The position numbers and the translations under genes were made by a program. A stretch of 64,000 nucleotides of DNA from an uncultured virus (IMG/VR IMGVR_UViG_3300034106_003629) (Duplodnaviria; Heunggongvirae; Uroviricota; Caudoviricetes), in IMG/VR virus record IMGVR_UViG_3300034106_003629; one strand, written 5' to 3'. The notes under the pieces are model-generated. The model had not been told where the DNA came from and did no database searches. It worked only from the letters and a program-made list of their open reading frames with translations. Positions within the stretch are counted from its first letter, which is position 1. Every line of letters starts with the position of its first letter. This document shows positions 47,082 through 57,726 of this stretch, in pieces.

Positions 47082-49466
47082 TTATGCTATCCCTCTTATA
47101 CCATAAGTCATTATATTTTTAGTACGAGTTGTACTATTGTAAGTTCCAGGGAAAGATGTATCAAGGTCACGAGAACCAACCCCATGTTGTGCTTTAATTT
47201 GTTTTTTAGCTTTATTAATTGTTGTAGAAGTAATTTCAATTCTTCTTGTTGGTGGTGAAATATTTGATGCAACTTCAATGTTTTTATTTGGTAGAACTCT
47301 AGATTGTGGTCCAATAACTGGTTGTCCACGGAGATTTACATATCCATCTGGTTCATATCCCATTTGTCTCATCATTATTTCTTGGCGTCTTGCGGCACCT
47401 TTTATAGTCTGAACATTTTTTCCAAAATTTTTAAACGCCCCACCAACAAATGAACCAGATTGTATTGGTCTTGGTTTTGGAAAACTTACCTGAACTGGGT
47501 CATAAGGACTCCAATCTCGTATCATACCTGCTGCCGAAGGAGATTGATTATATCTCTGAACCTGTTGTGGTGAGAATTGCTTTCCAGGAATTTGTGGAAG
47601 TCTAACTCGATTAAGATTTAATCCAAGAAATTTATTCCGATATCCCATATCAGCGTATCTTGGTGCCATTACTCTACCAGTTCCAGGCAGTCCAAGATTT
47701 CCCAAAAAGTCCAAAGCATTGCCAATAAGACCACCACCAGATGCAAGTTGAATATTATTAACCATTTTAGGAACGTTGGTTCCTCCGCCAGATTTGTTTA
47801 ATCTTAAGAAAAAGTTTGCTCCATACTTATTAACTGCCTCTTTTGAAATAACAATTTCTCCAGGTCTTGCTGCAATCAATTGTGTATCTTTTCCTGCTCC
47901 CGTTATCCTTTGTCCAGAATCTTCAGTTACTTGTGCTCCCCCAGCAAATGCATCTGCTTTTATCGGTTCTTCTTTTACTCTACGAGATAAAATTCTACCA
48001 CCACCACTTGCGCCTTGAAGAGACCCAAATTGAGTTGTTGGTCCCAAATTACCCACACTAGGGGTTTTATCACCCATAGTATCAGTTCCCTGAACTCCTA
48101 AACCTTCTCCTCTTTGTGCTCTTGCTTTATTATCTGCTTGAACAGATGCTGCTTGACGTTGCCCAGTAACCTCATTTGCGGCAATTGCCAATCCAGTGAC
48201 TGCTAAAGCACCAGCAACATATGGATTTTTCTTTAAAAAGTTCAACAGCATAGGAATTCCCTTCCTTGCCATTGTAAATGTTAATTTGGTTAAAGTACCA
48301 ATGACTGTTCTAATTAATTTACCAGCAGAAGTTCCAAATAGTAAAAATCCAGCAAGTAAAGCAGGCCACCAATCTTTTATAAATCGAAGAATTGTATCTA
48401 CTTTATTTTTGTTTTCTGGATTTGCAAACCACCTAAACAATTTTAATACCAAATGTCCAACAAGAACCGTGGTTAAAAATTGAATAATTTTATCTAAAAG
48501 ACTCTGCACTGGTGATAACATTTTTTTAGCAAGTGCTAAAGCTGCTTTTCCACCTTTTTCTAACAGATTTTCCTTATCTTGTCTCTTCTTCCCTTCCTTT
48601 AGTCTCCTATCTTTCTCTAACTCCTTTCTAATCATAGAAATTTGTTGAGACATTAAATCTGCAATAGACTCAACAGTTTTTCTAATCGCAGCAATATCAT
48701 CAGCAATTGCTGCAAGACCAACTAATTTTTTATCACCTTCTTCTTTTTCTGGAAATGCTACTTTTTGAGCAACAAAAAATGAACCTGTTCTAATTGCTAA
48801 AGGACCTCCACCAAATCCTCCAGTATTAACAGTTTTTCTTTTAATTCTAAATCTACCAACTTTACCCTTTACTCGCTTCCACTCATTTGTTAACAACTCT
48901 GCTTCTTCTGTTGGTATATTATTACCCGTCATTCTAGCAGCAGCCATTCTCTCCCTTAATAAAGAGAGGTATGTTGCATAATCAATGTCGAAGACATTAT
49001 CGATCCCTAATAATTTTAATACCCTTTCATCAATATCTTCATCAACAAGGTCTTCTTCATTAACACCTTCATATAATCTTTCTTTACCTGGGGGTTCTTG
49101 TTGTGAACCATTAGTTTTATCAGTAGGAACTAATGCACCAGTATCCTTTTCTTTTGGTAATTTTTTCTTAGTTCCTAGATTTTCTACATAATATTCCCAC
49201 AAGTATAAAATATAACTATTAAACGACTCCCATTCTTTTGAATTTTGTGGTCTAGCATATTTTGGTGACGGATAATCTTTTGTAGATTTGTCCCAAGCAC
49301 TTAAAAAGATATCTTTAACTCTATCTGCATTTACATTATATGTGTTTGCAATCAAAAATTTAGCAAAGTCCATTCTTTCTGCAAGAATGGATCTCCACAG
49401 TCCACGCTTTGCCTGAACAGAAGAATAAGATATAAACTTTTCTACATACTTGGGTTTATCCGCCAT
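47082..49466 (-). CDS. Tape-measure/baseplate hub-like protein (gp29-like position)
   Basis: 794 aa, helical with hydrophobic segments; GAGKDTQLIAARPGEIVI motif. Confidence 0.55.
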   Translation of the reverse strand: MADKPKYVEKFISYSSVQAKRGLWRSILAERMDFAKFLIANTYNVNADRVKDIFLSAWDKSTKDYPSPKYARPQNSKEWESFNSYILYLWEYYVENLGTKKKLPKEKDTGALVPTDKTNGSQQEPPGKERLYEGVNEEDLVDEDIDERVLKLLGIDNVFDIDYATYLSLLRERMAAARMTGNNIPTEEAELLTNEWKRVKGKVGRFRIKRKTVNTGGFGGGPLAIRTGSFFVAQKVAFPEKEEGDKKLVGLAAIADDIAAIRKTVESIADLMSQQISMIRKELEKDRRLKEGKKRQDKENLLEKGGKAALALAKKMLSPVQSLLDKIIQFLTTVLVGHLVLKLFRWFANPENKNKVDTILRFIKDWWPALLAGFLLFGTSAGKLIRTVIGTLTKLTFTMARKGIPMLLNFLKKNPYVAGALAVTGLAIAANEVTGQRQAASVQADNKARAQRGEGLGVQGTDTMGDKTPSVGNLGPTTQFGSLQGASGGGRILSRRVKEEPIKADAFAGGAQVTEDSGQRITGAGKDTQLIAARPGEIVISKEAVNKYGANFFLRLNKSGGGTNVPKMVNNIQLASGGGLIGNALDFLGNLGLPGTGRVMAPRYADMGYRNKFLGLNLNRVRLPQIPGKQFSPQQVQRYNQSPSAAGMIRDWSPYDPVQVSFPKPRPIQSGSFVGGAFKNFGKNVQTIKGAARRQEIMMRQMGYEPDGYVNLRGQPVIGPQSRVLPNKNIEVASNISPPTRRIEITSTTINKAKKQIKAQHGVGSRDLDTSFPGTYNSTTRTKNIMTYGIRGIA

Positions 49467-49623
49467 TTTGTTGTTGCTTTAATTTCTCTTCTTCTAAGTG
49501 AGCCTTCAACAGAGCAACATAAACATCTCGCTCCCATGGCATTAGATTTTCAATTTCAGTTAATGAATATTTATGATACTGCATTAACGCAAAATTTAAT
49601 TTATAATAATTCTCCAAGTCCAT
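49456..49623 (-). CDS. Baseplate hub assembly protein gp51-like (not in ORF track)
   Basis: MDLENYYKLNFALMQYHKYSLTEIENLMPWERDVYVALL... Confidence 0.8.
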   Translation of the reverse strand: MDLENYYKLNFALMQYHKYSLTEIENLMPWERDVYVALLKAHLEEEKLKQQQNGG

Positions 49624-49634
49624 GTGAGAGAGGG

Positions 49635-50354
49635 CTATGCGAAAAAACTTGATAGTCCCTCCAGAACTACAGTACTTTCAACTCCAGTTTTAGGATTCTT
49701 AACTGCAATTTCATGAGATAATTTTGGCATAGTCTCAAAGAACTTTTCAATTTGTTTAAATTGAGATGAATTCATTTGATCTAAAAACTCAACAACTTCT
49801 TTTTTAGTTAAATCTGAAGTTGCCCAGGATTCCTCTTCGGTATAAATTTGATCAATACAAGTAGCAATAAGGTCAAAAGATTGTTCAACTGTACCACCAG
49901 AGGCAAAATCAAAATTATTTTTAATAAATTGGTCTAATGATGGATACTTCATTTCCATCATAATACTATCATCAACTTTAATTTGTTTATTATGTTCTTC
50001 GTTCTTTTTAACACTAATATCATCAATATTAATTTTAACTGGCACTAATGTTTCTTCATCATCTGGACAAATCACATTAACTTCTAAATCTTCACCTACA
50101 GACTTTCCTCTAATATTAAGAAATAAATATTCAATATCAAATGTAGGCAATTCTTCTACTTTAATGCTTTTTGTTAAAACACAGTTTTTAATTACGGTTT
50201 TGATTGCCGTAGTAATTTGCTTAGTATCTTCACTTTCTAAAGCAAGAACAAGAAGTTTTTCCTCTCTTACCAAAAAAGGTCTATATTGAATTGTTTTACC
50301 AGTTGATGGCAATTCAAGTTCATAAGTTGGTGTAGATATCTTAGGTAAAGGCAT
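49635..50354 (-). CDS. Baseplate hub subunit gp26
   Basis: MPLPKI..PTYELELPSTGK..YRPFLVREEK...IRGKSVGE...LEGLSSFF. Confidence 0.9.
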   Translation of the reverse strand: MPLPKISTPTYELELPSTGKTIQYRPFLVREEKLLVLALESEDTKQITTAIKTVIKNCVLTKSIKVEELPTFDIEYLFLNIRGKSVGEDLEVNVICPDDEETLVPVKINIDDISVKKNEEHNKQIKVDDSIMMEMKYPSLDQFIKNNFDFASGGTVEQSFDLIATCIDQIYTEEESWATSDLTKKEVVEFLDQMNSSQFKQIEKFFETMPKLSHEIAVKNPKTGVESTVVLEGLSSFFA

Positions 50355-50388
50355 GATATTCTGATATAAGTTTCAGTATGTTTATTTA

Positions 50389-51288
50389 TCAGGCATTTCC
50401 GCCCCCAGTTGTTGTTCTATTATTAGTAGTTCCCCAATTTGAACCAAATCCCCTTAAATTAAATGGTTGCGTTCTAGAGTCATTACTAATATTTCTTTGC
50501 AATTCTTGCGATCTTAACTCTGAAGTAACATTATTTTGGGGATTTAATGTGCCAAGAGCACCAGCAGAAGGAACTTCTGGGTTACCTGGAGAGTTTTGAT
50601 TGCGTTCTTGATTAGCAGATGTTGCTGTTAGTTGCCTATCCACATAATAACGACTGTAAGTAAAAGATACTGTTACTTTTAATAGATCAGACGCATCATA
50701 GGATACTGGAATGGAATTTATTGATTTAGGATAAGCATCAACAAAGTTGTAAATCAAAAGAGGTACACCTCCTACAGAAAATCTACTACCTAAATTTTTC
50801 TCAAATTTAACCACTTGAAGTGTACCTTTATATTCAGAAGGATACCTTGCTCTAGCATAAAAGGTACTTTGATTCAATCTAGAACTATCCTCTCTAACAA
50901 TATATCTAAGCCATGCATCAAAGAATCTAATTTGCTGATAATTACTATCCTGAGTTACTAAAAAAGTAAAGTCTATTGTATCATCATACAATCTTCTATA
51001 GGCATGTTTTTCAGTAACTCCCATATAGTCAAGAGTTTCTATTGTAGCAAGACTAGACCCTGGAAGATTTGCTTCTGTGCATGTCAGTTCCATCAATGAC
51101 AAATCGTAAATAATTCCAAATTCAGATCTTATATAATTTGCTAAAGTTGGTTCTCCGTCATTATTTCCTTGAGAAGACCCTTGAGGGGGATATATCATAA
51201 CTGAATAATGAGAAGTTAAAGCAGGATTAAGAATCCTACTCTTCAAAGTATTCATCGTAACTCCAGAAGATATTGGAGGCGTTGCCAT
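50389..51288 (-). CDS. Tail tube-like/baseplate tail-tube initiator (gp19/gp54 family)
   Basis: CTEANLPG...RRLYDDTIDFTF...AYPKSINSIPVSY...VTVSFTY. Confidence 0.7.
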   Translation of the reverse strand: MATPPISSGVTMNTLKSRILNPALTSHYSVMIYPPQGSSQGNNDGEPTLANYIRSEFGIIYDLSLMELTCTEANLPGSSLATIETLDYMGVTEKHAYRRLYDDTIDFTFLVTQDSNYQQIRFFDAWLRYIVREDSSRLNQSTFYARARYPSEYKGTLQVVKFEKNLGSRFSVGGVPLLIYNFVDAYPKSINSIPVSYDASDLLKVTVSFTYSRYYVDRQLTATSANQERNQNSPGNPEVPSAGALGTLNPQNNVTSELRSQELQRNISNDSRTQPFNLRGFGSNWGTTNNRTTTGGGNA

Positions 51289-51329
51289 CTAAATAAAGTT
51301 AACTGTTTATATTATATGTAGTACACTTA

Positions 51330-51773
51330 ATGAACGAAAGTATAAAGAGCAAGTACAAACCATCCTATCCCCAAAAATATAAAGGAAATCCCAACAATAT
51401 TATTTGCAGAAGCAGTTGGGAACGAAAATTTTGTGCTTGGTGTGATTTGAATGAAAATATAATTGAATGGGCAAGCGAAGAATTTTATATCCCTTACATA
51501 TCACCATTAGATAAAAAAATTCATCGATACTTTCCAGATTTTATTATAAAAGTAAAAGAATCGACAGGACATATTAAAACTTACGTAGTTGAAGTGAAAC
51601 CAAAGAGACAGACAGTTCCACCAACAAGAAAGTCAAGGGTTACAAAATCTTTTATTTACGAAGCAAAAACATATGAAGTAAATAAAGCAAAATGGAGAGC
51701 TGCAGAAGAATGGTGTAAAGACCGAAGATTAGAGTTTAAAATTATTACAGAAGACGAACTAGGAATCAAGTAA
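51330..51773 (+). CDS. Head completion nuclease gp4
   Basis: KYKGNPNNIICRSSWERKF...HRYFPDF...EVKP...NKAKW...ITEDEL. Confidence 0.92.
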   Translation: MNESIKSKYKPSYPQKYKGNPNNIICRSSWERKFCAWCDLNENIIEWASEEFYIPYISPLDKKIHRYFPDFIIKVKESTGHIKTYVVEVKPKRQTVPPTRKSRVTKSFIYEAKTYEVNKAKWRAAEEWCKDRRLEFKIITEDELGIK

Positions 51774-52420
51774 TGTCTAAAAAAACTCTTTTTGAGGAAC
51801 TAAAAGAAGAAGTAGAAGTAGAAGAAGGTAGATCACCTTTCTTTTATAGAAGAGCATTTCGCAGATTAACAAGACAATATTTGAATAATCCCAAAAAATT
51901 TATTCTAGATGAGAGAAGAGATTCTGCTCAGGAAGACCCTGAAGATCAAGACGAAAATTTATTAAGAAGAGTTCCTCGTCAAGGTCACATTTATATGTTT
52001 GAATATAACCCACCATTTAAAAAAGATGTTAAGGTATTTGATCCATTTCCTTTAGTATATGTAATATCTTTTGATGGAAAATCTTTTATGGGATGTAATT
52101 TACATTACATTCACCCAATCAAAAGAAAGATGGTTCTTGACAATCTAAAAGATGGAAAATTAACATTACCTTATAGTTCAATATCTAAATATATAATAAG
52201 TCAAATTGATGGACTACTTTTAGATATTGCATTTAATGAGTGGACTGTCGCCGCCAACTTACCTATAGAAGGATTTGTTTCTATTACAAAAGGTGAGCAA
52301 AAAGATTTAATGTTAGAAGATATTTGGAAACAAACTAACAAATCTTTTAGGAATATGTTGCGGGGATCAAGAATATATAAAAGTTATGGTCAAAACGATC
52401 AGGATTTTAAAGGAAAGTAA
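51773..52420 (+). CDS. DNA end protector gp2-like
   Basis: GHIYMFEY...DPFPLV...GCNLHY. Confidence 0.7.
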   Translation: MSKKTLFEELKEEVEVEEGRSPFFYRRAFRRLTRQYLNNPKKFILDERRDSAQEDPEDQDENLLRRVPRQGHIYMFEYNPPFKKDVKVFDPFPLVYVISFDGKSFMGCNLHYIHPIKRKMVLDNLKDGKLTLPYSSISKYIISQIDGLLLDIAFNEWTVAANLPIEGFVSITKGEQKDLMLEDIWKQTNKSFRNMLRGSRIYKSYGQNDQDFKGK

Positions 52421-52422
52421 AA

Positions 52423-53952
52423 ATGTCTAGAGCTACAAGACAACCAGGTTCAGTCATATCGAATACTAATCCAGCTCTAGCTAATTCTGACGTTATAATT
52501 GGCGGAACTCAAAGATTACAATATCAAGGTCAACTAGACACAAATCAAAATTATAGAGTAGTTTATGTTCCATCAACCAGAGAAACAATAGTCGTATTGC
52601 AGACATTCAATCCTCTTGGTGCTGCAAACACACTAGATGCTAATCAAAGAATAGCTACTTTAGGTCCAAATAATAGATGGATTCCTTCAGAATATGCAAA
52701 CACTTTAGGTGGACAACCTTTAGTAGATGCAATAAACCGTAATGGCACAACTGCAAATAATTTTACACAGTCGGCAAGAATTGCCATAAATCAAGACTCT
52801 GTAGATAGAACTGGAAGACAATTAACTTCCCAACAAATGTCTACAGCTCAAACTTCTGCTAATTCCAAATCACCATCATTAACAACCAATTCAAATGTTT
52901 TAGGTTCCTCTGCAACAGGTGCTCAACAGCAGCAACAACCACCACAGCAAGGTAATTCAACTCAACCAGATGGAACAGTACCTCCAGGTGGAACTCCACC
53001 AGACCCTCAACAACAAACAACAGATGCTCGTGGGTCTGGTAGTGTAGTTGGAAACAGATCTGCTGCAGCAGATGCGGTGTCTACCGTAGTGAGCATAGAT
53101 TCTTTAACTGGTTCTGGGCAAGCAGCAACAGGAGGAGCAGGTGCAATAGAGTATCCATTAGCTTTTCCACCTAATATGGATTATATTAAATTTACTGAAA
53201 AAAATTACGGGAAGAAAACATTTAGTTCAGAAAATCTATCTTTTAATTCAAGAGCAAATACTGCAACTGGTAATAGTGTTAAATTACCAATACAAACTGG
53301 AATTAGTGATGCCAATACTGTTGGATGGAATGAAGAAACATTTAATCCTGCTCAGATAGCTGGTTCTCAATTAGCAATTGGTGGAATACGTGATGGTATG
53401 GATGGATTTGTTGGTCAGATTGGAAATGTTGTTGATAAAATGAAAAGTGCAAATACAGATATTGAAAAAGCAATCATTGCATACTTTACCGAACAAGCAG
53501 TAGGTGTTCAAATTTTACCTAAGATTGGTGGTGCAATTTTTAACCCAAATACAGAATTATTATTCCAAGGACCTCAATTAAGATCATTTAATTTCTCATT
53601 TAGATTTACTCCAAGGTCAAAAGACGAGAGTATAAGAGTGAAGCAAATATTAAGATTTTTTAAATCAAGTATGGCAGCACAAACCTCAGAAAAAGAATTA
53701 TTCTTAAAAGCACCAAGAGTTTTTGGGATAGAGTTTTATCATGGAGGAAGTGGAAAACAACATTCTGGTATAGGTAAGATAAAAGATTGTGCATTACAGG
53801 CATGTAATGTTGATTACACACCAGATGGAAGTTACATGTCTTTTAAAGACGGTGGTATGGTTTCTTATACTGTGAATTTACAATTCATGGAGCTAGAACC
53901 AATTTATGCTAAAGACTATAACGAATCAGACAACCACCCAATAGGATATTGA
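52423..53952 (+). CDS. Baseplate tail-tube cap gp48-like
   Basis: NPNTELLFQGPQLRSFNFSFRFTPRS...VDYTPDG...LQFMELEPI. Confidence 0.82.
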   Translation: MSRATRQPGSVISNTNPALANSDVIIGGTQRLQYQGQLDTNQNYRVVYVPSTRETIVVLQTFNPLGAANTLDANQRIATLGPNNRWIPSEYANTLGGQPLVDAINRNGTTANNFTQSARIAINQDSVDRTGRQLTSQQMSTAQTSANSKSPSLTTNSNVLGSSATGAQQQQQPPQQGNSTQPDGTVPPGGTPPDPQQQTTDARGSGSVVGNRSAAADAVSTVVSIDSLTGSGQAATGGAGAIEYPLAFPPNMDYIKFTEKNYGKKTFSSENLSFNSRANTATGNSVKLPIQTGISDANTVGWNEETFNPAQIAGSQLAIGGIRDGMDGFVGQIGNVVDKMKSANTDIEKAIIAYFTEQAVGVQILPKIGGAIFNPNTELLFQGPQLRSFNFSFRFTPRSKDESIRVKQILRFFKSSMAAQTSEKELFLKAPRVFGIEFYHGGSGKQHSGIGKIKDCALQACNVDYTPDGSYMSFKDGGMVSYTVNLQFMELEPIYAKDYNESDNHPIGY

Positions 53953-53956
53953 TAAG

Positions 53957-56338
53957 ATGACGCAAGAATATTTTAAAAAAGTACCTAATTTTGAATACAT
54001 TTCTAGAGGATTAAATAAAAATTCTCTATCAGATTATACTACTGTCAAGAATTTGTTCAAAAGAGCAAAAATAAGAGATGATATTTTTAAAAATGTCTCC
54101 TACTTTCAAAAGTATACTATAATTGGAGAAGAGAGACCCGATCAAGTAGCTGATAAATTTTACAATGACCCCACATTAGATTGGTTAGTTTTATTGGCGA
54201 ATAACGTCAATAATGTTTATGATGAGTGGCCAAAGACACAATATGCATTCAATGACTATGTTCTACAAAAATACGGAAGTTACGAAAATTTATATTCTGG
54301 AATTCATCATTATGAAACTTCTGAGGTTAGGACAAGAGAAGGGTACATAATTGTAGAAGGTGGAAAAGAAGTCAATGAAGGATTTTTCAAAGCACCAGAA
54401 TATGAAATAGAGCTAGACCCTAACGTTCAATTACCATCGGTTATTCCTGGTATTTTTGCAGCAGGATCAGCATCGGTTGATGCAGTCTCAGGAACAGTTA
54501 CTCAACTAGCGATTACAAATCCTGGGGCAGGATATACTGGAATTGGATCTGTAACAATTACTCCACCACCAAATCCAAGAAAAGGTACAATATCTGTAGA
54601 ACTTAATAATCCACCAGATGATAGAGAAGTTGGTTTAATTACAATTATTGATAATGGAACTGGTTATACGTTCCAACCACAAATTACATTTAGTCCTCCA
54701 CCACCTACAATTACAGCAACATTAACACCTGTTATTGGTGCTGGAGGAACTATAAGATCTATAACGATTAGTAATCCTGGAGATGGATATACTTTTACAC
54801 CAATAGTTACAATAGATCCACCTCCAGATGTTATCAGTAGTGCATTGTTTATTACCGATTCAAACTTTACAGTAGAAGATGGATTTGAAGGATTCTTTAT
54901 GGATGCTCTAGGTGTAAGAATATACACATGTCACGGAGCAAATACTTATACTAGTGGAGTTATTGAGCATTATGAATTATCATCACCTTACAATATAGCA
55001 AGTGGGACTAAGATTGCAACTCGAACTCTAAATTTTGGTGGAGTATCCTTCATATATCTAACTGGTATTGAATTTAAACCAGATGGATCGAGAATGTATG
55101 TCTCTGGTTTAACTGGATCTGGTTTTAAAATTGCACAATATGATTTATCAACAGATTGGGATATAAGCACAGCAACTGTAGCTGGTGCGATTAGTATGCC
55201 CACATCATCAGGAATTAGAATGCAGGATGATGGGTTTTACTTGTATATTATTGAAACTCAAGATCCAGATACAATCAAAAAATACGAATTACTTGTAGAC
55301 TGGAATATTACAACATTAAAACCATTACCAACACAACAAGTTAACATACAATCATTAACTGGAGAAACTTCTGTACGTGGTTTTGCGTTTAAAGACGATG
55401 GAACAAAATTATATGTCTCTGGAACAGATACAAAACAAATGCACGTATTAGAATTAGGTGCAAATTGGGATTTAGATAGTTTTACACTACTAGGTTCTCG
55501 TAATATTCAAACGGATAGTGGTGACACAATTCCTATGGATGCGTATGCTAATCCAACAGAGACACTATTCATCGTTGGTGGTTCTAGTAATAGAAAATTA
55601 TACCGTTATAGTACAGACATTACTGCAACAGCAACTGCAACTGTGGGTGTTGGAACTACAACAACAGAAAAAATTGTCAATATCACGGTTACAAAAGCTG
55701 GAGCAGGATACACTACAAGTAATCCACCGAACATTTTTATTCAATCACCAATTCCACACAGAACAGCAACTGGTTATGTTTTAATTAAAAATGGTGGTGT
55801 TGATGAAGTCATTATGGTAGACCGTGGTTATAACTACAGAACCCCTCCAACTGCTGTAATTGAAAATCCATTGCCACCAATTACAGCAAAAGCAGTTGTA
55901 AAAACAGAATCTGGTGAGGTTAAAGAAATAACATTAACAAATCCAGGAAGAGGATACAATTCTCCTCCAGATTTAATTTTTAGTAAACCTGGGAATCTAT
56001 ATGAACCTCAAGTTAATGAAATTTTTGAAAGAAGTGGACAAGAATGGAAGTATGATGGATTCAACTGGAGAAAGAGACTTACTTATGGAACTGTTTATTT
56101 CGACACCAGAGCAGGAGAACTATTAGAGATAGTTGGTAAAGAATCTTGTGTTCCTGTAACAAATTATCAGTATGAAGAAAACCTCGAAAACAAAAAAAGA
56201 AATATTTACATTCTAAAACCAGAATTTTTAAGTATAGTTTTAGATGATATTGAAGGTATTATGGAATATAAAGAAGGTTCTGAACAGTATGTGTCCAGAA
56301 CCATTAAGAGAGGAGATAATCCTCGTTTATATGAATAA
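53957..56338 (+). CDS. Baseplate wedge gp53 with large internal insertion
   Basis: N-terminal KNLFKRAKIR...ERPDQVA...IHHYET and C-terminal VTNYQYE...KRNIYILKP; 793 aa. Confidence 0.85.
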   Translation: MTQEYFKKVPNFEYISRGLNKNSLSDYTTVKNLFKRAKIRDDIFKNVSYFQKYTIIGEERPDQVADKFYNDPTLDWLVLLANNVNNVYDEWPKTQYAFNDYVLQKYGSYENLYSGIHHYETSEVRTREGYIIVEGGKEVNEGFFKAPEYEIELDPNVQLPSVIPGIFAAGSASVDAVSGTVTQLAITNPGAGYTGIGSVTITPPPNPRKGTISVELNNPPDDREVGLITIIDNGTGYTFQPQITFSPPPPTITATLTPVIGAGGTIRSITISNPGDGYTFTPIVTIDPPPDVISSALFITDSNFTVEDGFEGFFMDALGVRIYTCHGANTYTSGVIEHYELSSPYNIASGTKIATRTLNFGGVSFIYLTGIEFKPDGSRMYVSGLTGSGFKIAQYDLSTDWDISTATVAGAISMPTSSGIRMQDDGFYLYIIETQDPDTIKKYELLVDWNITTLKPLPTQQVNIQSLTGETSVRGFAFKDDGTKLYVSGTDTKQMHVLELGANWDLDSFTLLGSRNIQTDSGDTIPMDAYANPTETLFIVGGSSNRKLYRYSTDITATATATVGVGTTTTEKIVNITVTKAGAGYTTSNPPNIFIQSPIPHRTATGYVLIKNGGVDEVIMVDRGYNYRTPPTAVIENPLPPITAKAVVKTESGEVKEITLTNPGRGYNSPPDLIFSKPGNLYEPQVNEIFERSGQEWKYDGFNWRKRLTYGTVYFDTRAGELLEIVGKESCVPVTNYQYEENLENKKRNIYILKPEFLSIVLDDIEGIMEYKEGSEQYVSRTIKRGDNPRLYE

Positions 56339-56346
56339 CTACTTAA

Positions 56347-57294
56347 TCAACTTTCAGCAAGGCGCTGGAAGTAACTAAGGGCGTCATCATCCTCATCATT
56401 AGAAGAAGATGAAGAAGTCAACGATTCAAGTTGAGAACTCAACTCTTCTGGAAGTTGACTCTCTTGAGTTTGACGTGAACCGAAGTCTGGTTTGAAGGAA
56501 CCACGAGTGGTATCTTCCTCTTCATATTCATCAGAATCTTGATACTTAGGAGTTCCCTTCTTACCAAGAACATAGTCAAGACGTTTTTGAAGTTCTTCAA
56601 AAGTTTTAAACTCAGAAGGAGAAACCAAAGTTTGTAGAGAATATTCTTTCTTCCATACACCCTCTAGAGCATCATCGTCTTCAAGAAGAGGTGCTTGACG
56701 ATCAAACTCGGACTTATCATAGTTCCAATAACCATCAACCTTACGAATCTTCAGTTTGAAGTTCGCACCCTGCCAGAAGTCAAAGGGATTGATGGGTTCT
56801 TCATCTTCAAACTCAGGTTGCATTGCTGCCATTACCTTATCAAAGATTTTAGCACCATATTTGAAGAGGAATACTTTACCCTCATTCGCAGGATTTGTGG
56901 GGTCCTTTACAATATAGATGTTAGAATAATAAGACAGTTTACGCTTCTGCTTACGGACAGTTTCCTTATCCTTTTCGTTACCGCTATTCCAAAGTCCACG
57001 ATTATATTCGGACACTGGATCCTTTTGTCCAATAGTAGTCAGGGAGTTTTCAATATACCAACCACCAGGACCTTGGAATCCGTGGGAGTACATTTTTACC
57101 CAAGGAAGGTCTTCTCCTTCAGGAGCAGGGAGAAAACGAATAACTGCATAACCATTACCAGTTTTGTCCATTTCTGGTTTCCAAAGGCGCTCATCTGCAC
57201 CATTAGAACTTGTGTTCATCTTCTCAACTTCTTTTACCAACTTTTGAGTAAGAGAACCAAGCGAAGATTGCTTTTTAAGATCTGCGAAAGACAT
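56347..57294 (-). CDS. ssDNA-binding protein gp32
   Basis: MSFADLKK, GNGYAVIRFLP, GGWYIENSLTT, GKVFLFKYG, GANFKLKIRKV, acidic tail. Confidence 0.96.
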   Translation of the reverse strand: MSFADLKKQSSLGSLTQKLVKEVEKMNTSSNGADERLWKPEMDKTGNGYAVIRFLPAPEGEDLPWVKMYSHGFQGPGGWYIENSLTTIGQKDPVSEYNRGLWNSGNEKDKETVRKQKRKLSYYSNIYIVKDPTNPANEGKVFLFKYGAKIFDKVMAAMQPEFEDEEPINPFDFWQGANFKLKIRKVDGYWNYDKSEFDRQAPLLEDDDALEGVWKKEYSLQTLVSPSEFKTFEELQKRLDYVLGKKGTPKYQDSDEYEEEDTTRGSFKPDFGSRQTQESQLPEELSSQLESLTSSSSSNDEDDDALSYFQRLAES

Positions 57295-57362
57295 TAGATT
57301 ACCTCGTATTTTTGAGATTCGGCTTGTGTGTGTCCTTTGGGGACTTGCGGTGGACACTTACC

Positions 57363-57391
57363 AGTATAGTGCAAGTCCCCTAGTGCGTCAA
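57363..57391 (-). promoter_or_regulatory. Sigma70-like promoter for gp32, overlapped by an inverted repeat
   Basis: TTGACG-17 nt-TATACT; GGGGACTTGC/GCAAGTCCCC at 57339-57348 and 57371-57380. Confidence 0.8.
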
Positions 57392-57726
57392 CCCTCTGTT
57401 TTGTTGACCTGATCCTTCATTTGTTGAATCAGTTTTTCCATATTTGAAAAAATAATATTCATGTCCATTCCTTCTGGAAGTCCCATTGCCATTGCAGATT
57501 TAGATATATTTTCCTTCATCTTTTTTGCCTCTGGATCATCCGACAGAGACAATCTTGTATATAATACTTTTTGCTTCTCAAGCAAATCTTGGAGTACATT
57601 TACATGTTCAAGTTTTCCTTCCCTATCCATCTTAAAAAACTTGAACATATTATCGTATAGTTTTTCCTGAAGTTCGTTAATATGTGCAATTTCGGAGCGA
57701 ACAACTTCAGAATCAAAAAAACTCAT
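57388..57726 (-). CDS. DUF1825-like protein
   Basis: MSFFDSEVVR...RLSLSDDPEAK, a cyanobacterial/cyanophage family. Confidence 0.75.
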   Translation of the reverse strand: MSFFDSEVVRSEIAHINELQEKLYDNMFKFFKMDREGKLEHVNVLQDLLEKQKVLYTRLSLSDDPEAKKMKENISKSAMAMGLPEGMDMNIIFSNMEKLIQQMKDQVNKTEG

